Source of the DNA: Vicugna vicugna
Lineage: Eukaryota
Assembly (NCBI GenBank): GCA_013265495.1
Contig: MU057809.1
Location: forward strand, 919,062-983,061
Length of the DNA stretch: 64,000 nt
Reading direction: 5' to 3'
The notes beneath the pieces are model-generated. The model saw nothing but the letters and a program-made list of their open reading frames with translations, was not told the origin of the DNA and ran no database searches. Of the stretch, positions 35,228-46,919 are shown piece by piece. Position 1 is the stretch's first letter. The number at the start of each line of letters is the position of its first letter. The translations under genes were made by a program, and so were the position numbers.

Positions 35228-38009
35228 GTGGGGAGGACGCCCCGGGCGGGGGGAGGAGCCCGCAGAGCCGGGCTGTGGGCGAGGGCCCGGGTCAGGTCGG
35301 CTGGCCTGCCCGTCAGCAGAGGCGGCCAAAGCACCTCCCGGCCGCGCTCCCACAAACCCTATCTTGATAAACATCTTCCCGCTGCAGAGGGAGAGGAGGC
35401 ATTTTGTTTTCATTCCTTTCTATTTCCTAAAATTGCTTTTCTCTCGAATTTGTCTCTGCTATGACCCAGTTCCAGCCGCCCCATCGGTGGGATATGCAGC
35501 GACCCTCGTACCAAGACTGGCTTTCTAGTAACTTTGCAAATGGCGTCTCCTGTAACACACACTTAGGTGGATGTAATAGAAACAGCAGCCTGGGCAGGCC
35601 ACCTGAAGGACAACGTGTCAACACGGGAAATTAAATTCTGGAACCGAGAGGGTCGGGCTCAGCCGTGGGAGGCGGGGCGCCGGGCGAGCAGGTGGGCTGG
35701 AGCTGCCCGGCCGTCCTCCAGGCTCGCCTCGAGGAGCAGGGAAAGGAGAGGGAGGCGCTCTGAGAAAAAAGCAGGGGCTGAGTCTGAACCTGAGTTCACG
35801 CAAACACCCTGCCCCTCCACGGGCGGAGAGCATGATCCCCCACGGCCAGGAGGGCAAGCGCTCGGCCACCAGAGTGGGACTGTGCCTCGGGACACCCTCA
35901 GATGGCCGGACTCCAAGGAGGAACTCCCAGAAGAGGCCAGCCCCACTGGATAGACCTCTGCCAGGGGCACAGCGGCCTTCAAACACCCGGGCCGGCCTGC
36001 AGGTGGAGGGCACGTGGTTGAGTATTTCGGAAAGCCAGTAAATGGACAGGACAGTGAGCACACCAGAGCATGAGTTCTCTGGGTGGCGAAGAGGACAACA
36101 GGGGATGGGGCCGTAGCCATCAGAGGAGGGGGTGTGTGAGCAAGGGCCAGGGCCAGACGTGGGCATGCAGGCGGCTCGGGCCTGCCGACGTCCAGAGAGA
36201 GCTCTTCTAGGCACCTGATGGTGAAAACACATTTCAAGACAGCACCCTGACGTCTCAGCTGGGACTGGTCCGCCCCAGGTCCCGTGGCCCCGTCTCGGGA
36301 ATGGACTGGGCTCTGCGATTCACGGCGTCCACACACCAGCAGCAAGAGTGTCACGCAGGAGCCGGTCAGACAGGTGGGGCTCATTTTCCCGAGATGCCAG
36401 TGGGGCCAGCGTGGGGTCAGATCAGGACCCGAGCCCAGGGTCGGTCACTCCCGCAGGCCACGCAACCTCTTTCTTAGGGAGAAGGTGGGGAGACCGTGAG
36501 GTACCCTCAGCCCCCACCCCGGCCCCCATGGTCTCCAGCGTCATCCGATCACCACCCCCCCGACGGCTCGACTGAGAGGTCACCACAACCCGGCAGGAAA
36601 TGCGTGACTTCAAAGCCCAGAGCTCTGGGAGGCCCGGCGGGGGTCCCAAGCATTGCCTTGTGCGACCCCTCCCCAGCTGGCTGGGTGTCAGGACAGAGAA
36701 GGGGGCGCAGTGGCCAAGGCCCCGGGATTTTCCTCCTCGGACACCGTGGTGCAGGGTCTTCAACAGCTGCCTGAACCCAACCCAGCCAGCGGGGGTCCCC
36801 AGTGGGGGCCCCAGGAAGACTGAAAACGCACTGCCCCAAAGGTACCCGATACCTGCACGAGCCAGGTGTGTGCCGCCCCCGCACGGCCCCCAGCAAGGAG
36901 GCTTCCCACGGACACAGCAGAGAGAGCCGTAGGCCAGCCGCCGTCCACACGGGGCGAAGGTCAGCGCGCAGAGCGAGCCAGCGTGGGGCTGCTTCGGTGG
37001 GGAGGGGTGCGCGGCGAGAGACGAGAGAGAGAATTCCAGTCTCTGTCCGCCACCTCCCCCACCTCTGCCCTCGCCCCACGTCCACCCCTCTCAAGCTGGG
37101 ACTTGCTGAGCTGGAAGTGGGGCCTCGGCACCCGAGCTCCACGCCTCGGGGGTGGCAAAGAGCAGGCTGGAGCCGCACAAAGGACTCTTTCTCAGAAGAC
37201 AGGGCAGGTACTGAGCTCCTTAAGGATGTCCTCTGTGCTCCCCAAACCAAGAATTTTCAGCCTTAAAAAAGGCGGCCTGTGAGAGAAATCCTTCTAATAA
37301 GATTAGGACGCTCGGGGGCTCTAAGGAGGGACGTGGGAAGAGGATGAAGACGGCTGATCAAAAGCAGCTGGTGGCGTCGATGTCCTCTGGCAAGAGAAGC
37401 AAACATAATCTGCTTTTCTCCCAGCAGGGGCCTGGACGCGGGGGCGTCGGCCACAGGCCTGCACTCAGGCCCGGGTGCGGCACGCAGGTTCCCATGGGGA
37501 GGACGCAGGAGCTGGGCAATGCGTGCCCAGGTGTGCCCACGCCACAGGGCGCCCCCCACCGCCTCTCCTAGCGGGCACGGGGAAAGCAGACAGGGGCCCC
37601 CGAATGCCACATCCAGGCCCCAGAGGCCGCATGAGCCCGGATACACTCGGACGTGGAAGGAAACAAAGACGTTCCAGGTGCCCCGGCCGCGAGGAGGCTG
37701 CGAGCGGAGGCGACACCAGCGGGCGGCTGGGGGGGAAGGAGCCCCGCTCTCCTGGGCTCCCAGCTCAGCACCTCTGCCCACCTGCTCTTGGTGTCGCGGT
37801 GTCCTCAGTGCTGAGACAGAAATGACCCCTGCCCCACGGAGCTTTCCCAAAGGAGAGAAAATGCGGCGCACGAGGAGCTTCGCAAAGCAGAGGCCCAGCG
37901 GTCACCGCAGGGCCTGCCGCGCCACAGGCGCTCAGAGCTAAGCACGCTCCTCCCGCGTGAGTTGGGGCTTCGCCTGAAAGCCGCGTCCACACAGACCACG
38001 CACGCAGGC

Positions 38010-38520
38010 GCCACCCACGACATTCAGTGGGCGACGGACAAACGAGCAGCAACGCACCCAGACAGGGGATAACGCTCGGCGGTAAAAGGAAACACGCTGT
38101 CAAGGCAAGAAGGCTCACGGAAGCACCCGAATCGCGTACAGCTAAGTGGACGAGGCCAGTCTGAAAAGGCCACACGTCACGTGATTCCAACTACAGGGCC
38201 TTCTGCAAAAGACAAGACTGTGCAGACAGTGAAGGGGCCAGGGCTCGCCAGGGCTTAGGGGGGAGGCAGGCGTGAGCAGGGTAAGCCCAGAGTATGGCCA
38301 GGGCAGTGAGAGCGCCCCGTGCGGCACTGTGGCATGACTCCTGTCGAAACCACAGAATGGGCAACGCAGAGTGGCCGACTGCAAGCGGAGGGCTTGGGTC
38401 GCTGCAGCAACACCGCTCGCGTCACTCGCTGCAGGAGATCAGCACCGGGGGGGCTGGGCGGGGGGCCGCACTCGGGAAGCGCTCGCTGCTTCATGTAAAT
38501 CTAATCTGCTCCAAACATCG
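38010..38520 (+). mobile_element. L1MC-type (L1MC1-like) 3' end
   Basis: gctaagtggacgaggccagtctgaaaaggccacacgtcacgtgattccaactacagggccttctgcaaaagacaagactgtgcagacagtga tracks the recalled L1MC1 3' UTR almost base for base. Confidence 0.7.
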
Positions 38521-41500
38521 TTACTAATGTTAATAACATGAACGTTTGAAAATGTCACGCACACATGATTCTACTTGCAGCACACTCTTGGGACGCCCCA
38601 AACTCCCGAGACGGAGAACAGGTCAGAGGTCGGGGCGGTCCCCGTGGTGGGGGGCCAGCTCTGCACCTTGAATGAGTGGCGCTTCCCGAGCCCGCACACT
38701 CCGCAGGGTCAGAATGCCCAGAGGCCACACCTTTGGACCTGAAGCTGTTTTTCAAGACACGTGAAACACAGCTGCCCACAGAGCTTCAGCACCGGGACTC
38801 TCACGTGCTCTTGGAGGTGCGGCCCCTCCTTTCTCTGCAAAGCCCCTACTGCAAGGCAGCGGCCCTCCGGCCCTGCACACCCCCGTTCACACCTCACTTT
38901 CCTCAGCCACCTCGCACTCCCAGGCACCTGTTTCTCTGCCCCGACTGGAGGGCCCCGCCCGAGCCTGAGTGGGCGAGTTTGGGCTCTCTCGGCCCCTCTC
39001 ACCTTCCTCACGCTACGCTCTGAGCTTGGAACACGCAGACCTTGCCTGAAGGTCGGCCTCTACAAGCGCAGAGAGAACACGAGAAAATCTTTTGGACAGA
39101 ACGGTATTAAAATAACCCACGTCAAAATTCACGGGGTAGGCGTTTATGACAAAAAGAAAACTGCAAACAGGCGGGGATTCCATTAATCCAGGAAGTCTCT
39201 GCAGAAGACAAAAGAGCACAGGTCACCCTGGGGGGAGTCGCTGAAGCTTCCTGAGAGACGCAGGGAGTGCTCCCGGTGGGCGCCTGTGGGTGAGCAGCCC
39301 TCTCCTCCTCCGGGTGGGCGGGCAGGCGGGGGGGGGGGACCCCTGTGCTTCCTACCTCTACTCCCCTCCGGAGAGTGCACTTTCTGCGGCAGCGGAGCAG
39401 CCCCTCCGCTGCCGCCGGTCTGCAGCTCCCCAGACCCGCATCCCCCTAACTGTGGGCCGCAGGCACAGCTGCCCGTCTCCCCGTCCCTGCTGGCTCCGCG
39501 GGTGGAGGCCACTTCAGTCCCGGCATTGTGACCTGCCCACGCCCATCTGCGCCAGGTAGGGCAGAGCACAGCCCCCACATGTGCCACCTGGGACCAGCCT
39601 GAAGCAGGGTCTCCAGGCGGCGGGATGGTGACCCACGCTCCTGAGGGGGTTTGTAATTCACACAGGAGGCCTCAGGCGCGAGTGCGTGCGGTCCTCCGCG
39701 CCGGCCAGCGGGGCAGGGAGGAGGGAGTTACCGTCACCACCCCGGGCCCCAGAGCGGGGGCTCGGATGCTGCGTGGCTGCGTGGCCCGTGCACGTCCAGG
39801 CCCGGAGGGGCCGCCTCTCCCCTCTCTCCCCTCGGGGACCCACCGCGTGGGGGGCCGCGACCGTCCTTGGGGGCAGCAGGGCGCCAGTGCCCGGCGTCCT
39901 TCCCCAGAGGCCACTCCGCTCCGGCGTGAAGGGCTTTTACCTTCATCTTAAAGAACTTTGTGCTAAAAGCGCTCACTGCTTAGACTACAAGTAAGACTCT
40001 GTAACCATGTTGTGGAATATCAGGGGCACACTGGAAATAGCTCGTTTCAAATGGGAAAATGGTTTGTGTTCACCCAGTTCTGGAAGCCAATTTTCAATTG
40101 CTTAAAATAGTCATGGTATTTTACCAAGGTAATTACACTCTTAGCTATCAGTAACAATTAAACCCTTAGACTGGAGCTACTTAATAAGGTCTCAAAATAA
40201 AACCGCACACCCCAAGCACTGCACTCTGAAATGTCAAGCACAGGGCCCTCCTCAGGAGCAGGAGGGAGAGCCCCCCAGCCAGTCTGCTGCGGAGGGCAGG
40301 GCCCGCCCGTCCACCCGCCCCAGAGACGGCCTGGGGGGCGGGAGCAGGGGGTGCGGGCAGGCGAAGATCAGCAAAGATCAACACCTTCAGGCCTGACCGC
40401 TGCCCCCTGGGGCGCCTTGAAGAGGAGGCTCTCTGACAGGGGAGGGAGCCACAGTGCGGAGCCCTCGGGGTTACCAGGTTATTACCCAGGAGAAGGGGCC
40501 GAGTGCTCCCACCCCGACCAACCCCCGGCTTCCACCCTCCGCAGCCCGGCCTGAAGAACAGCTTAATCACACCGGCCGGGAAGACAGATGCCCACGAGCT
40601 GGACCGGGGCCGCGCGACTGCATCGATCCATTGTAAACACGCCTCGGAGAGGCAGTCGGTGTAAGTAATCCGTCAGCACCAGGCAATCAATACCCTCACT
40701 CAGAGCAATGCCTGTGAGCGCAGCGGCCAGCTGAGGACTGATCAGGCCAGAAAGCGCCATCCACTCCGACCTGCTGAGCCGGCGGAAGACAGGAGTGGAA
40801 ATTTCCTGCCTTGGGAGCCGGAGCAGTGACCTTCAAGGACAGAAAATTCCCAAGGAAGGAAGGCACAGCCCATAACAAGGAGGCGACAGACACCAATGGG
40901 CACATACCCGCCGTGGCAGGGACACGCCAGCCCCGGTGAGGAGGTGCCTGCATGATCCTGGTAACGCAGAGCAGGGCCGAGCGGACAGGCTGCCAGTCCA
41001 GCCACAGGCCCTCGCGGGCGGGGACTGAACCTGGGGCACCCACGAGGGCCATGGGGCCCGCGAGGCCGGCTGCAGGGGCGTGACGCGGCCCTTCTGTTTT
41101 CTACCTGCTGATGGCCAGCGCCAACTCTCCCCAGGTGCCTGCTCACGGAAACACGAGGACCACCTTCAACTCCGGGACATCACTGTTTTCTGAGCACGTG
41201 CTGAAGCAAAACCAAACTTCCAAAACCAGACAAAAAAGAGTGCCCTGTCTGACCCACACCGCAACCTGCGAAAGGGAGCATGTCACGTAAACACCCAAAC
41301 TGCCGACCTCTCCTGAAAACAGAACGACCCTCTGGGACCACAAGCAGCCGAGGGGGCGGGGGCGCCCTCCCAGGAGGCACGTGGCGGCTCACCCGGCCTC
41401 CCGCACCCACGCGGCCTGCCTGGTCCGCACAGGTACCTGAGTCTCAACTCGCTGCCCACCCGTGACCACAGACGAGACGGGCTGGTGTGTGAATGGGCCA

Positions 41501-43386
41501 CCTGAGAAGACAAAGGGGGTGTTCGCAGGCGAAACTCACGTTACACACCCTAAAGTAAGAAGACTATCCTAGATGGCCAGGGGGATGCCCAAATCGGGCA
41601 CGAGCCAGGGCCCTGGGCTGCTGCAGCCTGACACAATCGCCAGACGCCTGGGCGTCCAGCCTGAGCTGTCTGCTCTGCAGGCGGGAAAACGGGGCCTCAG
41701 AGAGGCCACCGAGAAAGGCCCTGCCACCCTTCTCCCGGGAAGCTCCACGCCCCCACGTCAGGGAGCACAGCACAGTCTCCATCCCTCACCCACAGAACGT
41801 CCAGTCCCGGCACGTGGCGGCCCCAGCTGCCGCAGCCTCGGCCCTGTCTGACCCCTGGGCCCCCGAGGACCCTGCTGCACCGAGGGCCCCGCTGGTCCGG
41901 CACCAGCAACACCCGGGGTGCACCCTGGTCATGGTACTCCACCCACAGGGCCGTTCGTGAGCAGTGAACCCTTGGGGCTCTGCCCGTGGCCCCTCCAGAA
42001 CCTGCCGCCCTACTAGGATGCACTCTGCATAACCGTCACGGCGGCACGCCTGTGTCTCTCCTGCCTGCCGTCCCCTGGACAGGGCAGTGGCCAAGCATCC
42101 GCACCATGGCTCCTCCCGTAGAGCTGGCGCAGGGACAATCGATAAACGCGGGGAAGGAAGGCAAGGAAGACTGGGGGCCGCAGAAGCTCGCTCCATGTCA
42201 CCGAAGGCGTGAGCACCGCGCCTTCTCTGCCCAAAGCACCGTGAGCAGGGGTGCAGGTGAGGACGTTTCCGAGCACATCCCGTGCGAGGCCACCTACAAA
42301 GCCAGCGGGGGCTCGGCCGGGAAGCCCAACTGAAGCCAGACACCTGTGAGGTCTTCTGAGGGACAGCGGGGCACAGGGGGGAAGGTGCCGGAGAGGCTGT
42401 CAGAGGGCAGGCGCTGAGCAGCTGGAACGTGGCCCCGCCTTCCGCAACCTTCATGATCAGGAGGTCCCAGCAGCGAGGGCCGAGGTCTCCATCAAAAACG
42501 ATCAAGAGCGGGCAGCAGCTGTCAGCCGGCTCCTGACACTGCCCAGTGGGCCACCCCAGGCGGCCCGCACGCCCGGAGGTCGGGGGCGGCCCCCAGGCCT
42601 GCCCAGTTTCCACTGGAAAGCAGGTGGAGGAGTGTCTGCCCAGCAGGCTGGACGCCCCCACCCTCGCCTGGAGAGCATCTGGGGACAGACTCGTCTTCTT
42701 CCTTCCTCGTCTCCTGAAATTTCAGCATCCAAGGCAACTTTTAAATAAGGCTCTCTCACAAGAACCTTAATTCACACTCCAGTGAGCTCTGCACACCCAG
42801 CCAGACAGCAGAACCCCTGCAGGCAGGGCAGCACAGCTCTGAGAGCCCAGCCTGCGGGCGAAGCTGGGAGCCGGGACACATCCTGCCCAGGGCCTCTGGA
42901 CACAGGCAACAGTTTCCACTCCAAACCCTGGGCCACAGACCCACCACAGCTCTCCCTGCACTCACTGGGTCTGAAGAGGGGGCTGGCCCCACCATGAGGG
43001 ACATGGGGGCTGGGCCGACATGCTGAACCCCAGGCTGGCGTGTGACGCAGGGCACTGCCCTCCACCAGGAGGGGCCCCATCAGGGAATCCCAGGGAGCGC
43101 GTATCAGAATGCGCCCGGCAACCAGGGTGAAACACACAGGCTGGCCAAACGGACAGGATGCTCTGCTTCTGGGAAGAGGAGGGCTCAGCCCCACGTGCAC
43201 CATGACCCAGGCAGCTCCACGCACGTCTAACCGATCAAGAGGTGAGGACACAGACCACTGAGTTCTGAGTCACCTTCTCTGGGAGAGACCTTTGCAGACG
43301 TGAGGGCCCTGGGGAGAAAGGCTAAGAGTGGACGGGCTAGGAGCCGCTGGCCTGGAAGGCAAGCCCCCGCGGGCAGGGCCCCGTAC

Positions 43387-43531
43387 CTTCGTCAGCAGCA
43401 GGACCCGCTTCTGCAGCCGCCGGGCCAGGGCCTCGTGAGCCTCCCGCTTCTTCCTCTCCTCCAACAGCTGGCCACTGGCCTGGCGGACCTCCTCCTGCAG
43501 CTGCAGCCTGGCCTTCTCCAGCTCCCGGGCG
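43387..43531 (-). CDS. MAD1L1: MAD1L1 internal coding exon (145 nt): 1 nt completing a Ser codon, then [48 protein letters not shown]
   Basis: Acceptor ...gcccttttgcctcctgcag|CGCC, branch-like CTCAC (A at 43558), donor AAG|gtacgg. The peptide matches the recalled mammalian MAD1 coiled coil (about human aa 358-406) and appears inside ORF 43270..44325. Confidence 0.96.
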
Positions 43532-46500
43532 CTGCAGGAGGCAAAAGGGCAGAGCGGTGAGGCCTGGCCCCCAGGACAGCCCCGGCAATGGGTCCCCAGG
43601 CCCCACACGGCATGCGTCACGCAGGTCCCAAAATAGGGCTGCACGTGCAGCCAGGCCGCTGTCACTTCCTCACTTTTGAATAGCTGCTTAAAGCCTTTCA
43701 GGAGTTTCTGGATTTCAAATAGACGCCCAGGGTGATCCCAGAACGTGGCAGGCGCAGGGGAGGGGAGCTCGGCTCCACACACAATGGGAAAAATTGTCTG
43801 CTGCGCGGCGCTGCGGGACCGCACTTCTGAATGAGCTAAATCACCAGAGTGAGCACTTCCCACGAACCGCAGGCGGCCACAGATGTGCAGCTCGGCGCGG
43901 GACGTGCGACACCAGCCCCGGGGGCCTGTCCTGCACACAGCCAGCCAGAGCGCTGGCACTGGGGGGTGGGGCGGACGCCTCCTGGGGGAGACCCTGGGGC
44001 GCCGCTCGTCAGCACCCTCCCGACCCCGCGGCCCGCGCCCGCCTGGTTCACACACTGGACGCTCGCAACTCTTACCGCACCAGCCTCCCGCCCAGGCAGC
44101 CTCCGTCGCTGCCACGCCGTCCCTCAGACCAGGAGAGGCACCCCGTGTTGGACGCCCCCGACCCTGGACTTGCATCCCAACTTCCTGGCACGGCAGCGAA
44201 GCACCTTCAGGGCGTGGTTGTGGCCCCTCTTTCCCACAAAACGCCATCAGTCCTTCACAACCCGCAGGACGTCCTCTGCCCCCGGCTTGTCCCATACACT
44301 TCAGGAACCCACAGGCCTGCGTCACCTACGGGGGGTACCCTGCAAGCAGACATCCCATGCTTTTTGAGGGGACGATGAGCAGGAGAGTTCCCAGAAGGGA
44401 GAAGGCGAGACATCCCGGGGAAGGAGGCACGAACTCCGCAAGGCGTGCGGTGAAGTGTGGGCAGAGATGAGGTGTTCACACTATTTCTTAAAGTAAAGGA
44501 AACCTCTTACCAAAAGGTATCTTTAAAATCTCAAAAACAAAACAAAAACAAAAACCCAGAAACAGAGTATGATCAGGATGAAAAGGTGTCACCGTCACGT
44601 TCCCCGGGCATGACCAATGACAGCAGGCAGCTTTGAGAATATGAAGCTGGAGACAAGGCCTGTTTCACGCCTGCATCTCATACCATGTGTGGGGGCCAGT
44701 AATTTATTTTTTGCTTTGACACACGATTTCAGGAAGACTTTAATCTACAAGGATGGCAGATAAAGCTTCCTTTGGAGGTGGTCAGATTCCACATCTGAGT
44801 GCGTATAGGGTTTTTTTAAATTACAATTTAGTGTAATTCTTTAAACAGTTAGCTATAATCCGAAAGTAAATGTGAAACATGCATTGACAGAAGTCTCTCT
44901 TTGCAGGAACTCGGTGGAGAACCCCCGGTCGGGCCACCCTGGACCAGCCCCGGGTCCCCGGGAGCCGGAACCAAGGTCCTCACTCGAGGGCCCACGCTTC
45001 ACCCGGTAGCCACCTCAGGAAGCCTTACACGAATGTTTAATCCAACTACACAGCTGGCCGATGGCACCTGCCACTTCTAGGTGCTTCATAACCAAAAATA
45101 CAAAATAAAAATTTTAGAAGTACAAATATTCCTTTGAAACAGACATATGAAAAGGCTATTTCGAGTTCCAGTTCAACTTGAAGCTATTCATGGGTCGATT
45201 CAATAATCAAGAACTGTGAGACTGGCCCTGGACTCCCCGACTTCAGGTGGGGAAGCTCACAGGCGTTTGAAACCACGGCTCTGCTGCAGGGGTGTAAGGA
45301 GAAGAAAGTGCACTCCCAGGTCCCAGCTGCCAAGGCCGGGGGCAGCAAGAGGCCAGCTCGCGGGTGGCGGCACGGCGCCGCGCCTGCCGGGCGCAGGGAA
45401 GGGGCTGCTCTGAGCGCAGGCCTGCTAGGGACAGCCTTGTGGAGGCTAACAAACTCCGAGCCCCATGGTCTTGGAAGCAGGATGCTTTATGGAGCTGGGG
45501 ACCTCCCCACCAAGAGCAGGCACAAAGCCCCCAGGGCGACTGTTGTCCACTGCAGACACCCCGCCCCCGGGGCCTGGTCCAGCACAATGGAGCCAAGGGC
45601 AGGCCTGGGCACACATCACCTGCATCTGGTCTGCTCTGGCCACCAGGTCCCTGTGCAGGTCCCCGGAACGCAGGTAGACCCGCGCCCCCAGACCAGTCCC
45701 AAGATGCTACAAGAACAAGTGTGTTGAGTGCAGGTCGCAGCGCCCTTCACGTGTCTGGCAGAGCCCAGAGGAGACAGCTGAGACTTTTGGGGCGGGGGGC
45801 CGGGGGCCAGGCCCAGGCAGACAAAGTGCCTGCTCGCTTAGAAAAACAATCTGTCCTTCCTGACACAAAATGCTTTTCATGAAAGCAAGAGGGGAAAGAG
45901 TGAAGCAGAGGACACACAACTCTGCAGGAGACCCCGGGCACCAGCCGCCTCGCAGACCAGCTCGGCCGGCCTGGGGTCTCTGCTGGAGGGGCTCCATTCC
46001 CACGCTGGTCAGCCCCGTGTCACTCCAAGTCCCGAGGCCTGCTGTGAGCCCTAATGCTTCATCAGGACTCAGTTCTGTAAAAGCTAGACCAGACGCAGAA
46101 ATGCACCCGGGCAGGTTGCAGGGGGCAGCGCCCCCAGGCCCCTGCCCAGGCCATCAGCAGCCTGGCTCTGACTCCCCGGGCCCAGCGACGATCCCGTCAG
46201 CCCTGGGGAGACAGCAGGGCTCGAGCCGCGCCACAGCCCCACCACAGCCCCACCACCCGGGCTCGCGTTCTCAGGCAGGGACGCTGCGTTCGCGTTCGGT
46301 GGAGCAGAGAGCTCCGTGCACATGGCAGGCCCCAGAGGCAGAAAGTGAAAGCCGGTGAGGGGAGGGAGGAGCCCTCGCACAGCGAGGAGGCAGCTCCTCC
46401 AGGAAGCAGCCAAGGTGCCCTGGGCTGCGGAGCCAAGGGAAGAGGCAGAAATCCTGACACGCAGAAACTCAGAGACCTGGACCCCAGGCCTGAGGGAGGC

Positions 46501-46903
46501 ACCACTGCTGTGGGACCAGACCTCTGAAGCGCCCGCCTAGGGCAGGAGCTGGGAACCAGCGCTGGAAAACTGCCCACTGAAGTCCACGGCTGCCACCTGC
46601 AGCAGGACGCCCCTCTTCCAGGGAAAGGACCCGGCCTGCCCCTTCCTCCCCACCAGCCCGGCAGGCTCTCTCCCCCAGAGCCCCCTGCTCGGCCACACTA
46701 GGCCGCAGAGCAGAGCGTAGGGAAGGGAGGCTGGGGTGGGGGGCGTGCGGTCAGCAGGAGAGCGGCCGTGAAGAGGGGCCCTGGGGGAACAAAGGTTGGA
46801 CTGTTTGGCACAGACAGAGGGCCGGGTCTTCCAGAGGAGCACAACTGTCTGATGTTTCCAAGAATTCACTCCAAAATGCCCCAAATTATTTTTTCAAACC
46901 ACC

Positions 46904-46919
46904 TGCCACCAGGTGGCCT
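46904..46919. promoter_or_regulatory. Candidate palindromic CTCF-like site GCCACCAGGTGGC
   Basis: Core CCACCAGGTGGC on the plus strand and CCACCTGGTGGCAG on the minus strand. Motif only. Confidence 0.3.

Noticed and set aside
38786-38805. REST/NRSE-like TTCAGCACC half-site (partial hits also near 13689 and 40673)
   Set aside because: The right half (GGACAG) is absent at the required spacing.
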